Source: Candidatus Oxydemutatoraceae bacterium
Lineage (GTDB): Bacteria; Pseudomonadota; Gammaproteobacteria; Poriferisulfidales; Oxydemutatoraceae
Direction of reading: 5' to 3'
Assembly: GCA_965211995.1 (NCBI GenBank)
Contig: OZ243040.1
Coordinates: 1,031,620-1,095,619, forward strand
DNA length: 64,000 nucleotides
This document shows positions 11,296-21,460 of the stretch, piece after piece. Under the pieces are notes generated by a model that worked only from the letters and a program-made list of their open reading frames with translations, was not told the origin of the DNA and ran no database searches. Position numbers and translations under genes: made by a program. The first letter of the stretch is position 1; every line of letters begins with the position of its first letter.

Positions 11296-12726
11296 ATGAC
11301 AATGAAAAAGAAAATTGCGTCAATCCTTGTGTGCCTAAGCGCCACAATGTTTGGAGTCTCAACCGCGTACGGAGACGCTTTTGAGGGACTGTCCATGATG
11401 CGCATGGGCGCCTGGGAGGTGGACTTCAGCGGTAACGTCAACGCATTCTTCACCAATGGCGAGTGCGATTCCAGTGGGAATGGTGAAACCGTTTATCATG
11501 GTCTGGCCTGCGGGTCTGACGGCAACGATAGAGATTACGGCGACGTCAGAGACGGTCTGTTGCCGTCGTGGCTGAATTTCTCGGCGGCGACGACGACCGA
11601 CAACGGCATCCGCACCGCTATCCATTTGAGTTTTCAGCCGGGCACCGATACTGACAGCGGCTTCACCGAGCCTCTGGACGGTGCGCTCGGTCTAAGCAGC
11701 GTCAACTTCCGCCAGACATTTCTGACGTTCGGCAACGACGAGTTGGGCACGTTCAAGATCGGTCGGGATCTCGGGGTTTTCGGCTCCGACGCAATCCTGA
11801 ACGACATGACGCTCCTCGGCGTCGGCTCGGGTGCTCAAGGCAGCGGACATACCACGCTTGGTCGGATCGGCATCGGCTATCTGTACGCCGACTGGAAAGC
11901 CCAGGTGCAGTACCAGACGCCGAACTTCAACGGCTTTACGGTCACTGCTGCGATCGTTGATCCTTGGGGCGTAAGCACGTGGAACGGTTATGGCCCCCCA
12001 GCACCAGCAGGCGCCGCATACAGTGCCGATGACAATGACGCCGGAGGGCAGGAACAAGACACCTACGGGTTTGAAGCCAAAGTCAACTACAATACTGAGT
12101 TTGACGGCGGTTCCCTCGGTCTGTGGGTCGGCTACATCACTCAAAGCATAGACTTTGAAAACAACCTGCAAAGCGGTTGCGTTGATGGTAACGGTGCCTT
12201 TGATAGGCTAGAAACCTCGGACAACGATGCTAACCCTGATAATGTCATACCTGCCTGTACCGTTGCTAATAACAACTTTGCAGGTGACGACAGCGCAGAT
12301 GCCGATGGCTATGACATCGGTGCGAAAATCGTGTTCGGCAACTTTGACGTCGTAGCCTATTACTACGACGGCGAAGGCATCGGCACGACTTCGTTCCTGC
12401 TCGATGCTCTCGACCCGACCGGCGAGGAGCGCGATTCCGATGGCTACTACCTGCAAGCACGCTATCGTCTGCCAATCGGCACTTTGCTCGGCGTGAGCGT
12501 CGGCGAGAGCAATCTCGAAGAAACGCCTTTGGATCAAGCGCGGCTTAGTGCTGACGCTTCCTACAACCTCGTTGAAACCAGCGAGTCGTGGATTGTCGGC
12601 GCGTATCACCCGATTGGCGAGGCGTTGAACCTGGTGGTCGAATACACCAACACCGAAGCCGAGGCGCACAACGGCAACGAAGCCGAGGAAGACAGCATCG
12701 CGATCGGCGCGATCATGTTCTTTTAA
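11296..12726 (+). CDS. Outer-membrane porin (Gram-negative beta-barrel)
   Basis: Signal peptide MKKKIASILVCLSATMFGVSTAYG, alternating amphipathic beta strands rich in G/T/N/D, and a C-terminal aromatic ...AIGAIMFF. Confidence 0.75.
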   Translation: MTMKKKIASILVCLSATMFGVSTAYGDAFEGLSMMRMGAWEVDFSGNVNAFFTNGECDSSGNGETVYHGLACGSDGNDRDYGDVRDGLLPSWLNFSAATTTDNGIRTAIHLSFQPGTDTDSGFTEPLDGALGLSSVNFRQTFLTFGNDELGTFKIGRDLGVFGSDAILNDMTLLGVGSGAQGSGHTTLGRIGIGYLYADWKAQVQYQTPNFNGFTVTAAIVDPWGVSTWNGYGPPAPAGAAYSADDNDAGGQEQDTYGFEAKVNYNTEFDGGSLGLWVGYITQSIDFENNLQSGCVDGNGAFDRLETSDNDANPDNVIPACTVANNNFAGDDSADADGYDIGAKIVFGNFDVVAYYYDGEGIGTTSFLLDALDPTGEERDSDGYYLQARYRLPIGTLLGVSVGESNLEETPLDQARLSADASYNLVETSESWIVGAYHPIGEALNLVVEYTNTEAEAHNGNEAEEDSIAIGAIMFF

Positions 12727-12750
12727 TACTCTCCGGAGTATCGCTTAGAA

Positions 12751-12790
12751 CGGCGAAAGGAGCGTGGCAACCCCACGCTCCTTTTTTTTG
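12751..12790 (+). terminator. Rho-independent terminator after the porin gene
   Basis: aggagcgtggcaaccccacgctcc is a GC-rich hairpin, followed by a run of 8 T. Confidence 0.75.
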
Positions 12791-12993
12791 AATTGATCCA
12801 AAGGGACTAACCGGCAAAACCGGGGGCAATCTTCGGGGTTGTCGTTTATCCGGCGCCGGCCCTTGCGCCCGACGCTCAGCGCAAACTTCCGCTCCGAGTC
12901 TCCTTTGCCGGTTTCGGCGAACGCCCATGCTCCTTATCAATTAAGCACCGCGCAATAGCCTGTATAATCACCGCGCACACCGGCAATACCCCT

Positions 12994-13800
12994 ATGCGAC
13001 TTTTACACTTCGCCGCCTTCCGCGCACTTTGCCTCGCGTTCGCCTTTGCCACCGCGGCGGGTGCAACGGAAACTTTGTGGGAAAGCCGCGGTGAATACGT
13101 CAAGATCGCGCCGCGCGACGGCGGCACCGCCAACCAACACCCCCTCAAGATAGACCGGCAACTGCTCGCGCAGGCTTTCTCGAAACTCAGGGTCGAACCG
13201 GGTAAAAAGCAGTCGAAAGAACTGCTCGAAAGCGGCGAGGAACCCGAAATAGCACGGCTGTTCACGCCCGCGACCGCGCACCGCATCGCGAACTACGTCG
13301 CCGACGGCCTGCGCGACGCCGGCCCCGACGACGACGTCGTGTTCCGCAGCGTGGATACCGCACCGCTGCTGGGCAAACTCCTCGGCAAGCAAGTGTTCGT
13401 CACCGGGCGCGTGTTCTGGCGCAACCGCCACCTGCACGTCATCTTCGGCAAAATCCATAAGAACATAAAGAAACGCTGGCTGCTCGGCAAGGAACAAGGC
13501 TACCTGAACGCACCCGAACCGGGCGCACGCGGCAAAGCCGCCGCGCTGAAACTGCGCATCGTCGAAGGCGCCGGCATCAGCAACGCCAAGACCCGCGATG
13601 GCAAAAAGCGCCTGGATTGGGTGATGATCGAACCGCGCGCACTCGCCCGCTCCGAACCGGCAAGCAGGCGCCCCGCACCGCCGGCACGCGACCGCTCGAC
13701 CAAAGCGCGCCTGAAACGCCTGGAGCGCCTGCGCAAGGAAGGCGTGATCACCGGGAAAGAATACAAAACCAAGCGGAAAGAGATCCTCGACGAACTCTAA
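12994..13800 (+). CDS. Secreted hypothetical protein with a C-terminal SHOCT domain
   Basis: Signal peptide MRLLHFAAFRALCLAFAFATAAGA. The C-terminus LKRLERLRKEGVITGKEYKTKRKEILDEL is a SHOCT motif. Confidence 0.55.
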   Translation: MRLLHFAAFRALCLAFAFATAAGATETLWESRGEYVKIAPRDGGTANQHPLKIDRQLLAQAFSKLRVEPGKKQSKELLESGEEPEIARLFTPATAHRIANYVADGLRDAGPDDDVVFRSVDTAPLLGKLLGKQVFVTGRVFWRNRHLHVIFGKIHKNIKKRWLLGKEQGYLNAPEPGARGKAAALKLRIVEGAGISNAKTRDGKKRLDWVMIEPRALARSEPASRRPAPPARDRSTKARLKRLERLRKEGVITGKEYKTKRKEILDEL

Positions 13801-14266
13801 AGCGTGTCACGCTTGAGCGCCTTCCGAGTTGCGCCGATGCCTTTCCGAATTATTTTCTTAGGTGTCAATAGATTACGACTGCCATAGAAAAAATGTTGAA
13901 ATAGCGGAATCCCCACTTCAAGGATCACAATGAAACCCTTTTCAAGAGGAATGCTCTCTTTATGGCATCCCAGAGAATTGTCGCTGATCACCGATCCCGA
14001 GGAGATGCAAAGGGAGGTTTGGCAAGCGGTAGGAGACGCCCTGCGGTTCGCCATGAACACTTATGAGGCAACGGAAGAATATCAAGCCGCGGTTGACGCC
14101 GCCGGCCAAAGTCGTTCAGCCACGCCCAGTACTTCCACAAGGAAAGCGCAAGTCGTCGTACAAGAAGAACGTAGCGGCCCCCTGCCCGCGCCGGTAGATC
14201 CCCAGCCAAATACAATGCCAAATACAATGTGAAGTAGTCCCCGGTGCCGGGAATCGCATTATCAGC

Positions 14267-14494
14267 ATGGCCGAAAAACAGGCCGAACACCTGCAAAATA
14301 TACAAAATAAAATAACAACCGGCTATTTTAAGGAGACCGGACGCGGGCAGATTATGGCGTTTATTCTCGGGATACTCGGTATTTTGTGCGCTGCTTATCT
14401 TGGAATAAAAGGTCATGGATTTGTCGGGGTCGGATTAGGCATCATCGGCGTTTCATCAATGATGTCTCAATTTATCGTAAAACGAAAGAAATAA
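14267..14494 (+). CDS. Small two-TM membrane protein (75 aa), low GC
   Basis: FILGILGILCAAYLGIKGHGFVGVGLGIIGVSSMMSQFIV. Confidence 0.35.
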   Translation: MAEKQAEHLQNIQNKITTGYFKETGRGQIMAFILGILGILCAAYLGIKGHGFVGVGLGIIGVSSMMSQFIVKRKK

Positions 14495-14689
14495 AACGTT
14501 GAACCGGGAGCTTCTCACCAAAGAATGATGGTTTGAGATGAAACCAGTTTTGAGTTTCCGTGCGGTTATCGTTCCCCGGCGAAGAAGGCTTTCGCTTTGC
14601 TTAGGATTGCGCACTCGATCTTCAAGCGCTCATGTTCCTTGCGTGCCGGCTTTCCTCCTGAATGGAATTGGCCTTACCCCGTTTTAACG

Positions 14690-15311
14690 GACACCGGTTT
14701 AGACTGAGGCCTCCTGCTGTTCATACACGGTGGGCGGCGTGTAATTGACTCCGCATCGGTGTCGGGAAAGTTCGGCGCGCGCACCTGCTGTTCATACACG
14801 GTGGCGGCGTGTAATTGACGGCGGAATGCCGGCGCCGCTGATTATAAAAGACCTCGATCTACTCGAACACCGAAGTCCTTGCCTGCTCGCGGGTTGCATA
14901 GCGTTCAGAGTGCACCAGCTCCCGCTTCAGGGTGGCGAAGAAACTCTCCATCACCGCATTGTCGTGGCAGTTGCCGCGGCGCGACATCGAACAGGTGATG
15001 CCGTTGGACTCAAGCAGCCACCGATAGTCGTGCGAGGCATACTGACTGCCGCGGTCGGAGTGCAGCAGCAGTCCCTCGACTTTGCCGCGCCGCCACAGCG
15101 CCATCCTCAAGGCTTCGCCCGCCAGTTGCCGCGTCATGCGCTTCGCCATCGCCCGGCCCACCACCGCCCGTGAATACAACTCGAGCACCACGGCCAGTGA
15201 CTTTCCCCCGCTTCGACGGACACCGGCTGAGACTGAATCCCCCCGGCGCCGGGTCGGCGGTGCCGGACTTCCGCTACATCCGCCGCAAGCGGAACAACCC
15301 TTCCAGAACAC
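14690..15311 (-). mobile_element. IS3-family insertion-sequence remnant (OrfB integrase-core fragment with an in-frame TAG; duplicated end sequences)
   Basis: ORF 14859..15311 carries LLHSDRGSQYAS...GITCSMSRRGNCHDNAVMESFFATLKRELVHSERYATREQARTSVFE, then a TAG where the family has Tyr, then IEVFYNQRRRHSA. The N-terminal half is absent. The end-like sequence acggacaccggtttagactga(g/a) recurs at 14690 and 15222, and cctgctgttcatacacggtgg(g)cggcgtgtaattgac recurs twice at 14719-14757 and 14782-14819. Confidence 0.6.
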
Positions 15312-16482
15312 CGCCGTCGCTGGTGAAATACAGCGCGCCGTCAGGCCCGAACGCGACGCCGACAGGCCGCGCGAGGCGCTCGCCCGCGGCGTCCTGAAAG
15401 CCCTCGATCAGGGCCACGACGTCGCCGGCCCTGTCGCCGTTGAAGCGCACCAGCGCAACCCACGGCGGTCGGCGGGTGGCTCTCTCGCCGAAGAAGCCCC
15501 CGTGCGGGCGCGTCGCCCATGAACCGTGCAGTGCGACGGCCGCGTCGCCGGCTTTCACAACCCCCTGAACGCCCCCCTGATCACGCGTTGCAAACGCCAC
15601 GCCCATCGGCCCGTTACGCGCCGGAAACGTCGCGACGGGTGCGGCGGCGTCTTCACGCGGCGGCGTCCCGCCGATGCAGTGGTCACGCTTGATCTCGCGC
15701 CCGTCAAACCAGAACCACGGCATCCCGTGAAACGAGCCTGCTTCCAGGCGCGCGAAATACTCGGGCGGCTGCGCATAGCCGTGATGGTCGGGGCCATGAT
15801 TGCTTGCGTACAACACCCCGCTGCGCGGATGCCAGTCGAAGCCGATCGGGTTGCGCAGACCCGCGGCGTAGGGCTTCCAATACGGCTCCCTGCCTTTTTC
15901 GACCAACACAAACACCCCGCCGCGCCGGTCCTGAAAACGATAACCGTCGTCTAAATACTGATCGCTGCAGTTGCCGCTGATGCCGAGGCTCGCGTAAATC
16001 CGCCGGTCCGGCCCGACGCCGATGCTGCGGCTCGAGTGCCCGCCGCCCGGCGGCAACGCCGCGACCCGCGTGAAGTCGCCGTCTTTGAGAGCACCTTTGG
16101 GAGGGTCGCCCGGACGGTACGGCGCGCGATAAACGCCGTCGTTCTTTGCGACGAACAAGACACCGCTGCGCAACGCAACACCGTGCGGGAAATTGCTGAG
16201 CTCGGCATAGACCGACACGCGCGTATAAGGCGGCTCAATGCGATAGACGCGCCCCGCGTTCGAGCCGGCGAGCAACGCGCCGGTGCCGTCAAACACCATA
16301 AGCCGGGGGCCTTTCATCTCGGCGAGACGTTCGAGCACGTAACCCGCCGGCAGTTTCAACCGCCAAGTCTTGCCGCCGACTTCAAAAGGCTGCTCGGAAT
16401 ACTCAAAGGCCGCGGCGGGCGCGGCGGCGATCACCGCCGCTGCGATGACCGTTCCGAAAACTCTCGACTGCCTCGTGTTCAT
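15274..16482 (-). CDS. PQQ-dependent sugar dehydrogenase (soluble glucose/L-sorbosone dehydrogenase family, beta-propeller)
   Basis: Signal peptide MNTRQSRVFGTVIAAAVIAAAPAAA. Family motifs are present (...NHGPDHHGYAQPPEY..., RNPIGFDWHP). 402 aa. Confidence 0.7.
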   Translation of the reverse strand: MNTRQSRVFGTVIAAAVIAAAPAAAFEYSEQPFEVGGKTWRLKLPAGYVLERLAEMKGPRLMVFDGTGALLAGSNAGRVYRIEPPYTRVSVYAELSNFPHGVALRSGVLFVAKNDGVYRAPYRPGDPPKGALKDGDFTRVAALPPGGGHSSRSIGVGPDRRIYASLGISGNCSDQYLDDGYRFQDRRGGVFVLVEKGREPYWKPYAAGLRNPIGFDWHPRSGVLYASNHGPDHHGYAQPPEYFARLEAGSFHGMPWFWFDGREIKRDHCIGGTPPREDAAAPVATFPARNGPMGVAFATRDQGGVQGVVKAGDAAVALHGSWATRPHGGFFGERATRRPPWVALVRFNGDRAGDVVALIEGFQDAAGERLARPVGVAFGPDGALYFTSDGGVLEGLFRLRRM

Positions 16483-16945
16483 TGCGACGACTTAAAGACA
16501 CTTGATGCCGTCAAAATTATTTCCTTTGAGCAAAGCGCGTTCATCGCGGCACCTCAAAGCAGCGGCGGCGGCGCGTCTGCCGGCCTCAACCCCCCCGCTT
16601 GCGAATACAGTTTAACGGCAATCGCCTCGATTACGCGGGCGAGCGCGTCTTCAATGCCCCCCTCAAGTTGATTGTGCCCGACGCCGTTGACCGCCGCTGC
16701 GATGACCGCCCCGAAAACTTTCGACTGCCTCGTGTTCATCGCGACGACTTAAAGACACTCGATGCCGTCAAAATTATTCCCTTTGAGCAAGCGCGTTCAT
16801 TGCAGCCCCTCAAAGCAACGGCGGCGGCGCGCCTGCCAGCCTCAAACCCCCGCCTGCGAATACAGTTTAACGGCAATCGCCTCGATCACGCGGGCGAGCG
16901 CGTCTTCGATGCCCCTTTCGTGTTGATTGTGCCCGGCGCCGTTGA
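16436..16945. repeat. Roughly 255-bp tandem duplication (2 copies, about 92% identity) of the pip 3' end, the intergenic spacer and the gsdh 5' end
   Basis: The units begin accgccgctgcgatgaccg(t/c)(t/c)ccgaaaact at 16436 and 16691. Copy 1 creates the chimeric ORF 16554..16739 (MNTRQSKVFGAVIAAAV joined to the pip C-terminus GIEDALARVIEAIAVKLYSQAG). Confidence 0.75.
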
Positions 16946-17804
16946 CTATGGTCACCGAACCCTGCGGCCAACGCTGCGCCAGGGCGTAGGCCGACAGCGG
17001 CGGGCACAGCAGGTCGTAGCGCGCTTGCACGATTCCCCCCGGCACATCGCGCAGCCGGCCGGCCTCAGCGAGCAATTGCCCGGGCCGCAAAAAGCAGCCG
17101 TGCGAAAAATAATGCGCCTCCATGCGCGGCGTCGAAGGCCGCGGCCTGTCGTCCGCTGCACGTGCGCTGGCGGCGAGGTCGGGCAAGTCCGGACATAATT
17201 CCGACAACGCACGCTCGTAATCGTGCCATACGTAACTTGCGGGCAGCGACACCGCCGGGTCGTCATCCAGAATACGCCGGTAATACGCCGCGAGCGGCGC
17301 CGGCCTTTCGGCTTCGGGGAGATAAGCGATGAACGCCGCGTACAACTCAGGGTAGATCATCCGCGGCAGCGTGATGAACGCACACTGCAACTCGTCTGCG
17401 CCGCCGAGGAACAGCGAGCGCACGGCGATGCCGGTGGTGCGCTCGGGATGGGCTTCGGCGTAAGCAATCGCGAGCAGCGCACCCCACGAACCGCCGACCA
17501 CGAGCCAGCGTTCAATGCCGAAACGCTCGCGCACCGTCTCGAGGTCGGCGATCAAATCCTGCGTGGTATTGCTCTCGAGGCAGCCCTTCGGCGTGCTGTC
17601 GCCGGCGCCGCGCTGATCGGGCGCGATGATGCGGAAATAGCGCAGATCAAACAGGTCCCACAGCGAGGAATGGCAGCCGCTGCCCGGTCCGCCGTGCAGA
17701 AACACAACGGGGATGCCGTCGGCGTCGCCGTATTCCTTGACCGACAGCGTATGCGGAGGGGCGACGGCGATCTCGTGCCGGTCAACGGGTTCAACTTCCG
17801 GCAT
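16842..17804 (-). CDS. pip: Prolyl aminopeptidase (proline iminopeptidase, S33 alpha/beta hydrolase)
   Basis: MPEVEPVDRHEIAV...VVFLHGGPGSGCH and WLVVGGSWGALLAIAYAEAHPERT (the GGSWG nucleophile elbow). Start chosen at Met 17804; the track ORF extends to 17873. Confidence 0.85.
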   Translation of the reverse strand: MPEVEPVDRHEIAVAPPHTLSVKEYGDADGIPVVFLHGGPGSGCHSSLWDLFDLRYFRIIAPDQRGAGDSTPKGCLESNTTQDLIADLETVRERFGIERWLVVGGSWGALLAIAYAEAHPERTTGIAVRSLFLGGADELQCAFITLPRMIYPELYAAFIAYLPEAERPAPLAAYYRRILDDDPAVSLPASYVWHDYERALSELCPDLPDLAASARAADDRPRPSTPRMEAHYFSHGCFLRPGQLLAEAGRLRDVPGGIVQARYDLLCPPLSAYALAQRWPQGSVTIVNGAGHNQHERGIEDALARVIEAIAVKLYSQAGV

Positions 17805-18912
17805 GGACGACCTTGACCGGCACTTTGAAGCCGATGCGCCGGTAATCGAATCTTTCGTCCCGCCGGTCCGCATCGAGCATCGCGATATTCACGAGCCGCT
17901 CGTGATGGTCGGAGAACTCGCACGCCGGATCCATGTTGGCGGCGTCGCCGGTGATCGCGAACGCCTGGCAACGGCAGCCGCCCCAGTCTATTTCACGGCG
18001 CTCGCAGCCGCGGCACGTCTCGGGCATCCAATCGGTGCCGCGGTATTTCTCGAACGCTGTCGAATGTTGCCAGATATCCTTAAGGCTGCGCTCCTTGAGA
18101 TTGTCGAACTCAAGCGCGGTGATGCTTTCGGCCGCGTGGCACGGCAGCACCTTGCCCGACGGCGTCACGTTCAGGAACTGCCGCGCCCAGCCGCCCATGC
18201 AGGCTTTCGGGCGCCGCGCGTAGTAGTCGGGCACGACGTAGTCAATCACCAGTATGCCCTTGAGGCGCTCGCGTGCCTTCTCGACGACCCCGGTCGCCCA
18301 TTCGAGTTGATCGCGCTTCGGCATCAGCGCCGCGCGGTTGTGATACGCCCAGCCGTAATACTGCACGTGCGCGACTTCAAGACGCGAGGCGCCCATCTCG
18401 ACCGCGAGGTCAATGAGGGACTCGAGGTGGTGGAGGTTCATCTTGTGCACCGGCGCGTTGACGGTCAGCGGCAGGCCGTTGGCTTTGACCGCTTTCGCGA
18501 CCCTGAGCTTTTGCGCGAAACCGTCGTGGTAGCCGCCGATGCGGTTGGCGCTGTCCTCCTCGCTGTCCTGGATGCTGATCTGCACGTGGTCGAGGCCGAG
18601 TTCGGCGAACCGCGCCATGCGCGCGTCATCAATCAGCACCGCCGAGGTGATGAGGTTGGAATACAGTTTGAGTCTGCGGGCGGCGGCGATCAACTCCTCA
18701 AGGTCCTTGCGCACCGCCGGTTCGCCGCCGGAAAAGTGCACCTGCAAGACCCCCATCGCGACGGCCTGCTCGAACGCGTCTATCCATTGCTCGGTGTTGA
18801 GTTCACCGGACGAGCGCTCGAGTTCCATCGGGTTCGAGCAGTACGGACACCGCAAGGGGCAGCGGTGCGTCAATTCGCACAGCATGGACACCGGCATACC
18901 GACGCCGCTCAT
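17791..18912 (-). CDS. pqqE: PQQ biosynthesis radical-SAM protein PqqE
   Basis: MSGVGMPVSMLCELTHRCPLRCPYCSNP is the radical-SAM CxxxCxxC motif, followed by a SPASM Cys-rich C-terminus. About 373 aa from Met 18912. Confidence 0.85.
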   Translation of the reverse strand: MSGVGMPVSMLCELTHRCPLRCPYCSNPMELERSSGELNTEQWIDAFEQAVAMGVLQVHFSGGEPAVRKDLEELIAAARRLKLYSNLITSAVLIDDARMARFAELGLDHVQISIQDSEEDSANRIGGYHDGFAQKLRVAKAVKANGLPLTVNAPVHKMNLHHLESLIDLAVEMGASRLEVAHVQYYGWAYHNRAALMPKRDQLEWATGVVEKARERLKGILVIDYVVPDYYARRPKACMGGWARQFLNVTPSGKVLPCHAAESITALEFDNLKERSLKDIWQHSTAFEKYRGTDWMPETCRGCERREIDWGGCRCQAFAITGDAANMDPACEFSDHHERLVNIAMLDADRRDERFDYRRIGFKVPVKVVHAGS

Positions 18913-19440
18913 GTCCGTAAAAACCCCTTGTCGGCCAAGTCTTGAAACATCGCGGTCATGTCCTTCAATCTCCGCTCCGCGGGCGCGTTGTTGGTCGCGC
19001 TGAGTGTGGCCGGGCGAGGCGGCCATTGCAAGTTTGGATCAGCATCGTTGCACCCATCAGCAAACGCGCTGAATATGGCCGGGCGAGGCGGCCATTGCAA
19101 AAGACGGCGGTGCGTCAATTCACACAGCCCGGACACCGGCAGGCCGACGCCGCTCATGTCCGTAAAAACCCCTTGTCGGCCAGGTCTTGAAACATCGCGG
19201 TCATGTCCTTCAATCTCCGCTCCGCGGGCGCGTTGTTGGTCGCGCTGAGTGTGACCGGGCGAGGCGGCCATTGCAAGTTTGGATCAGCATCGTTGCACCC
19301 ATCAGCAAACGCGCTGAATATGGCCGGGCGACGCGGCCATTGCAAAAGACGGCGGTGCGTCAATTCGCACAGCCCGGACACCGGCAGGCCGACGTCGCTC
19401 ATGTCCGTAAAAACCCCTTGTCGGCCAGGTCTTGAAGCAT
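18900..19440. repeat. 245-bp tandem repeat, about 3 copies, duplicating the pqqD 3' end and pqqE 5' end junction
   Basis: Track ORFs 18909..19271, 19154..19534, 18942..19190 and 19187..19435 are offset by exactly 245 nt. Each copy encodes ...KDMTAMFQDLADKGFLRT (stop) then MSGVGLPVSGLCELTHRRLLQWPPRPA.... There is a nested 24-nt sub-repeat tgcaatggccgcctcgcccggcca. Confidence 0.8.
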
Positions 19441-19671
19441 CGCGGTTATGTCCTTCAATATCTGCTCCGCGGGCGCGTTGTAGGCCGCGCTGAGCTTGGC
19501 GGAAATATCTTTCACCGTTGTGCGCCCGTCGCATAGTTTCAGGGTGTCAAGCGCCGGGGCGTCGGGCTCAAGCAAACGCTCCGGCGCGAGCAGCACCCAG
19601 CGCCCGCGCGTCTCGTCGTGGTGCAGTCTGACGTGGTCGGGCAGAAATGGCATCGAGCCTGCCGACACCAT
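19399..19671 (-). CDS. pqqD: PQQ biosynthesis protein PqqD
   Basis: RWVLLAPERLLEPDAPALDTLKLCDGRTTVKDISAKLSAAYNAPAEQILKDITAMLQDLADKGFL. The start is uncertain; candidates are the Met at 19671 or 19653, and the track ORF extends to 19749. Confidence 0.75.
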   Translation of the reverse strand: MVSAGSMPFLPDHVRLHHDETRGRWVLLAPERLLEPDAPALDTLKLCDGRTTVKDISAKLSAAYNAPAEQILKDITAMLQDLADKGFLRT

Positions 19672-19732
19672 GCAGCGCGCACGGTCGCCGCTTGGGGCGC
19701 CGTTTTGACCGCCGTTCTGAGCGGTCGCCGGG

Positions 19733-20476
19733 TTATTCATCGGACACAAAGCAGCCGGGCGGCGTCAGCCCCGGCTCGACGTAGGCAAAATGCAGCGCGT
19801 CCAACTGGCTCCACAGCACGTCGCACTTAAAGCTCAACGCATTCAGTGCGCTTTCCTGCTGCTCGGCGGTGCGCGCATTGTCGAGCACGTATTGCAGCGC
19901 AAAGTCCACGTCGCGGCGCGCCTGCGTCAGCCGCGGCTTGAAATACGCGAGCAGTTCCTCGGTGATGAAGTCGTAATTGGCAAGCATCCCGGCCATGCGC
20001 TCGGCGATGATCACCGGTGAGAAGATCTCGGTCAGCGACGACGCAACCGCGTCGAGCAACGGCGCCTCGGAAACGAAATGAACGTAGGCGTCCGCCGCAA
20101 AGCGCGCAGCCGGCAGCACGCCGTCCTGCGAGACCACGTAGGCGCGGTCGAGGCCGAGACCGTCGGTCAACTTAAGCCAGCGCTCGATGCCGCCCTTGCC
20201 CGGTTCGTCGCCGTCGTGATCGGCGATGCGCCGGCGCCACTCGCGCCTCAGGTCGTGGTCGGGAATGCGCGCCATCAGCCGCGCGTCCTTGACCGGGATC
20301 GCCGCCTGGTAGCAATAGCGGTTCAGCGCCCATGCCCGCACCTGCCCCTTGTTCAACTTGCCGGTGTGCAGCAAGCGGTGAAACGGGTGTTTGTCGTGAT
20401 AGCGCTCCTCGCCAATCCTGCGCAGGCGCCGTTCGAGTTGCTCGGCGCTCACCGGCCGGTCAAGTTGGATTTTCAT
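19733..20476 (-). CDS. pqqC: Pyrroloquinoline-quinone synthase PqqC
   Basis: 247 aa with the HDKHPFHRLLHTGKLNKGQVRAWALNRYCYQAAIP family signature. Confidence 0.85.
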   Translation of the reverse strand: MKIQLDRPVSAEQLERRLRRIGEERYHDKHPFHRLLHTGKLNKGQVRAWALNRYCYQAAIPVKDARLMARIPDHDLRREWRRRIADHDGDEPGKGGIERWLKLTDGLGLDRAYVVSQDGVLPAARFAADAYVHFVSEAPLLDAVASSLTEIFSPVIIAERMAGMLANYDFITEELLAYFKPRLTQARRDVDFALQYVLDNARTAEQQESALNALSFKCDVLWSQLDALHFAYVEPGLTPPGCFVSDE

Positions 20477-21402
20477 AAGTCAATGACCTGCCCGTCGTAC
20501 GACACCCGCCACCCCGCGTCCTCGACGATCCTGCGCTCGGGCGAGTCCTCGAGCAGCACCGGGTTGGTGTTGTTGACGTGGATATAGACCTTGCGCCCGA
20601 CCGCGACGTCGCGAAAGGCCGCGAGCGAACCGCCCTCGCCGTTCATGCTCATATGCCCCATCCTCGCGCCGGTCTTGTGGCCGACGCCGGCGGTGATCAT
20701 CTCGTCGTCGCGGAACAAAGTGCCGTCAAAAAGCACCAGGTCGGCACCGTCGAGACGCCGCTTCAGATCATCGGGCAAGTCGGCGCAGCCGGGGATGTAA
20801 TAGAACACGGCGTCTTGATGCAGGCTGCGGATGCGCAGGCCGACCGTGTCGCCTTCGCGGGTGCCGAAATCCGCCCCCCGGCTTGCGTCTTCCATGAACA
20901 GCGCAACCTTGCCGGGTACCGCGAAAGGCTCGATCTCGAGGCCGAGCGGCGCACCCGCGGCGTCGGCGACTTCAAACGGCGACGACAGCACAAAGGTGTC
21001 GCGCTTGACGTATTCGGGATTGAGCACGTTGAAAATCGAATTGTTCGCGAGGATTGACCGCACCCGGTCCGAGGTGTAGAGCCGGAAAGGCTCACTCTCG
21101 CGCATCGTCAGCAGCCCGGCGATATGGTCCACGTCACCGTTGGTCAGCACCACGGCCTTGATCGGGCTGCTTCTGAGGCCTTCGCGGGGATGCAGTTGCT
21201 CGGTTTGGTTGATCTGCTGGCGCAGGTCGGGCGAGCAGTTTAAGAGAACGAAGTTTTTACCGTCTGCGGTGACGGCAACGGAAGATTGGGTTCTTGAAAA
21301 AGCCCGAACACTGCCGCCCCTCGCGAGACGACAGTGTTCAGTATTACAGTTCCACTGGGGGAAACCTCCTCCGGCTGCTGCGCCCAGAACGATGATCCGC
21401 AT
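20473..21402 (-). CDS. pqqB: PQQ biosynthesis protein PqqB (metallo-beta-lactamase fold)
   Basis: MRIIVLGAAAGGGFPQWNCN...NGDVDHIAGLL, 309 aa. ATGA overlap with pqqC. Confidence 0.85.
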   Translation of the reverse strand: MRIIVLGAAAGGGFPQWNCNTEHCRLARGGSVRAFSRTQSSVAVTADGKNFVLLNCSPDLRQQINQTEQLHPREGLRSSPIKAVVLTNGDVDHIAGLLTMRESEPFRLYTSDRVRSILANNSIFNVLNPEYVKRDTFVLSSPFEVADAAGAPLGLEIEPFAVPGKVALFMEDASRGADFGTREGDTVGLRIRSLHQDAVFYYIPGCADLPDDLKRRLDGADLVLFDGTLFRDDEMITAGVGHKTGARMGHMSMNGEGGSLAAFRDVAVGRKVYIHVNNTNPVLLEDSPERRIVEDAGWRVSYDGQVIDL

Positions 21403-21460
21403 GGTTACGTTTCACTGTCTGACCGCCGGCTTTGGAGACGGAAAACCCCCTATCTGACGA

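Noticed and set aside
18900-19440. Tandem repeats considered as a CRISPR array or DGR template/variable repeats
   Set aside because: There are no unique spacers between short repeats and no cas genes. There is no reverse transcriptase nearby, and the copy differences are not adenine-specific.
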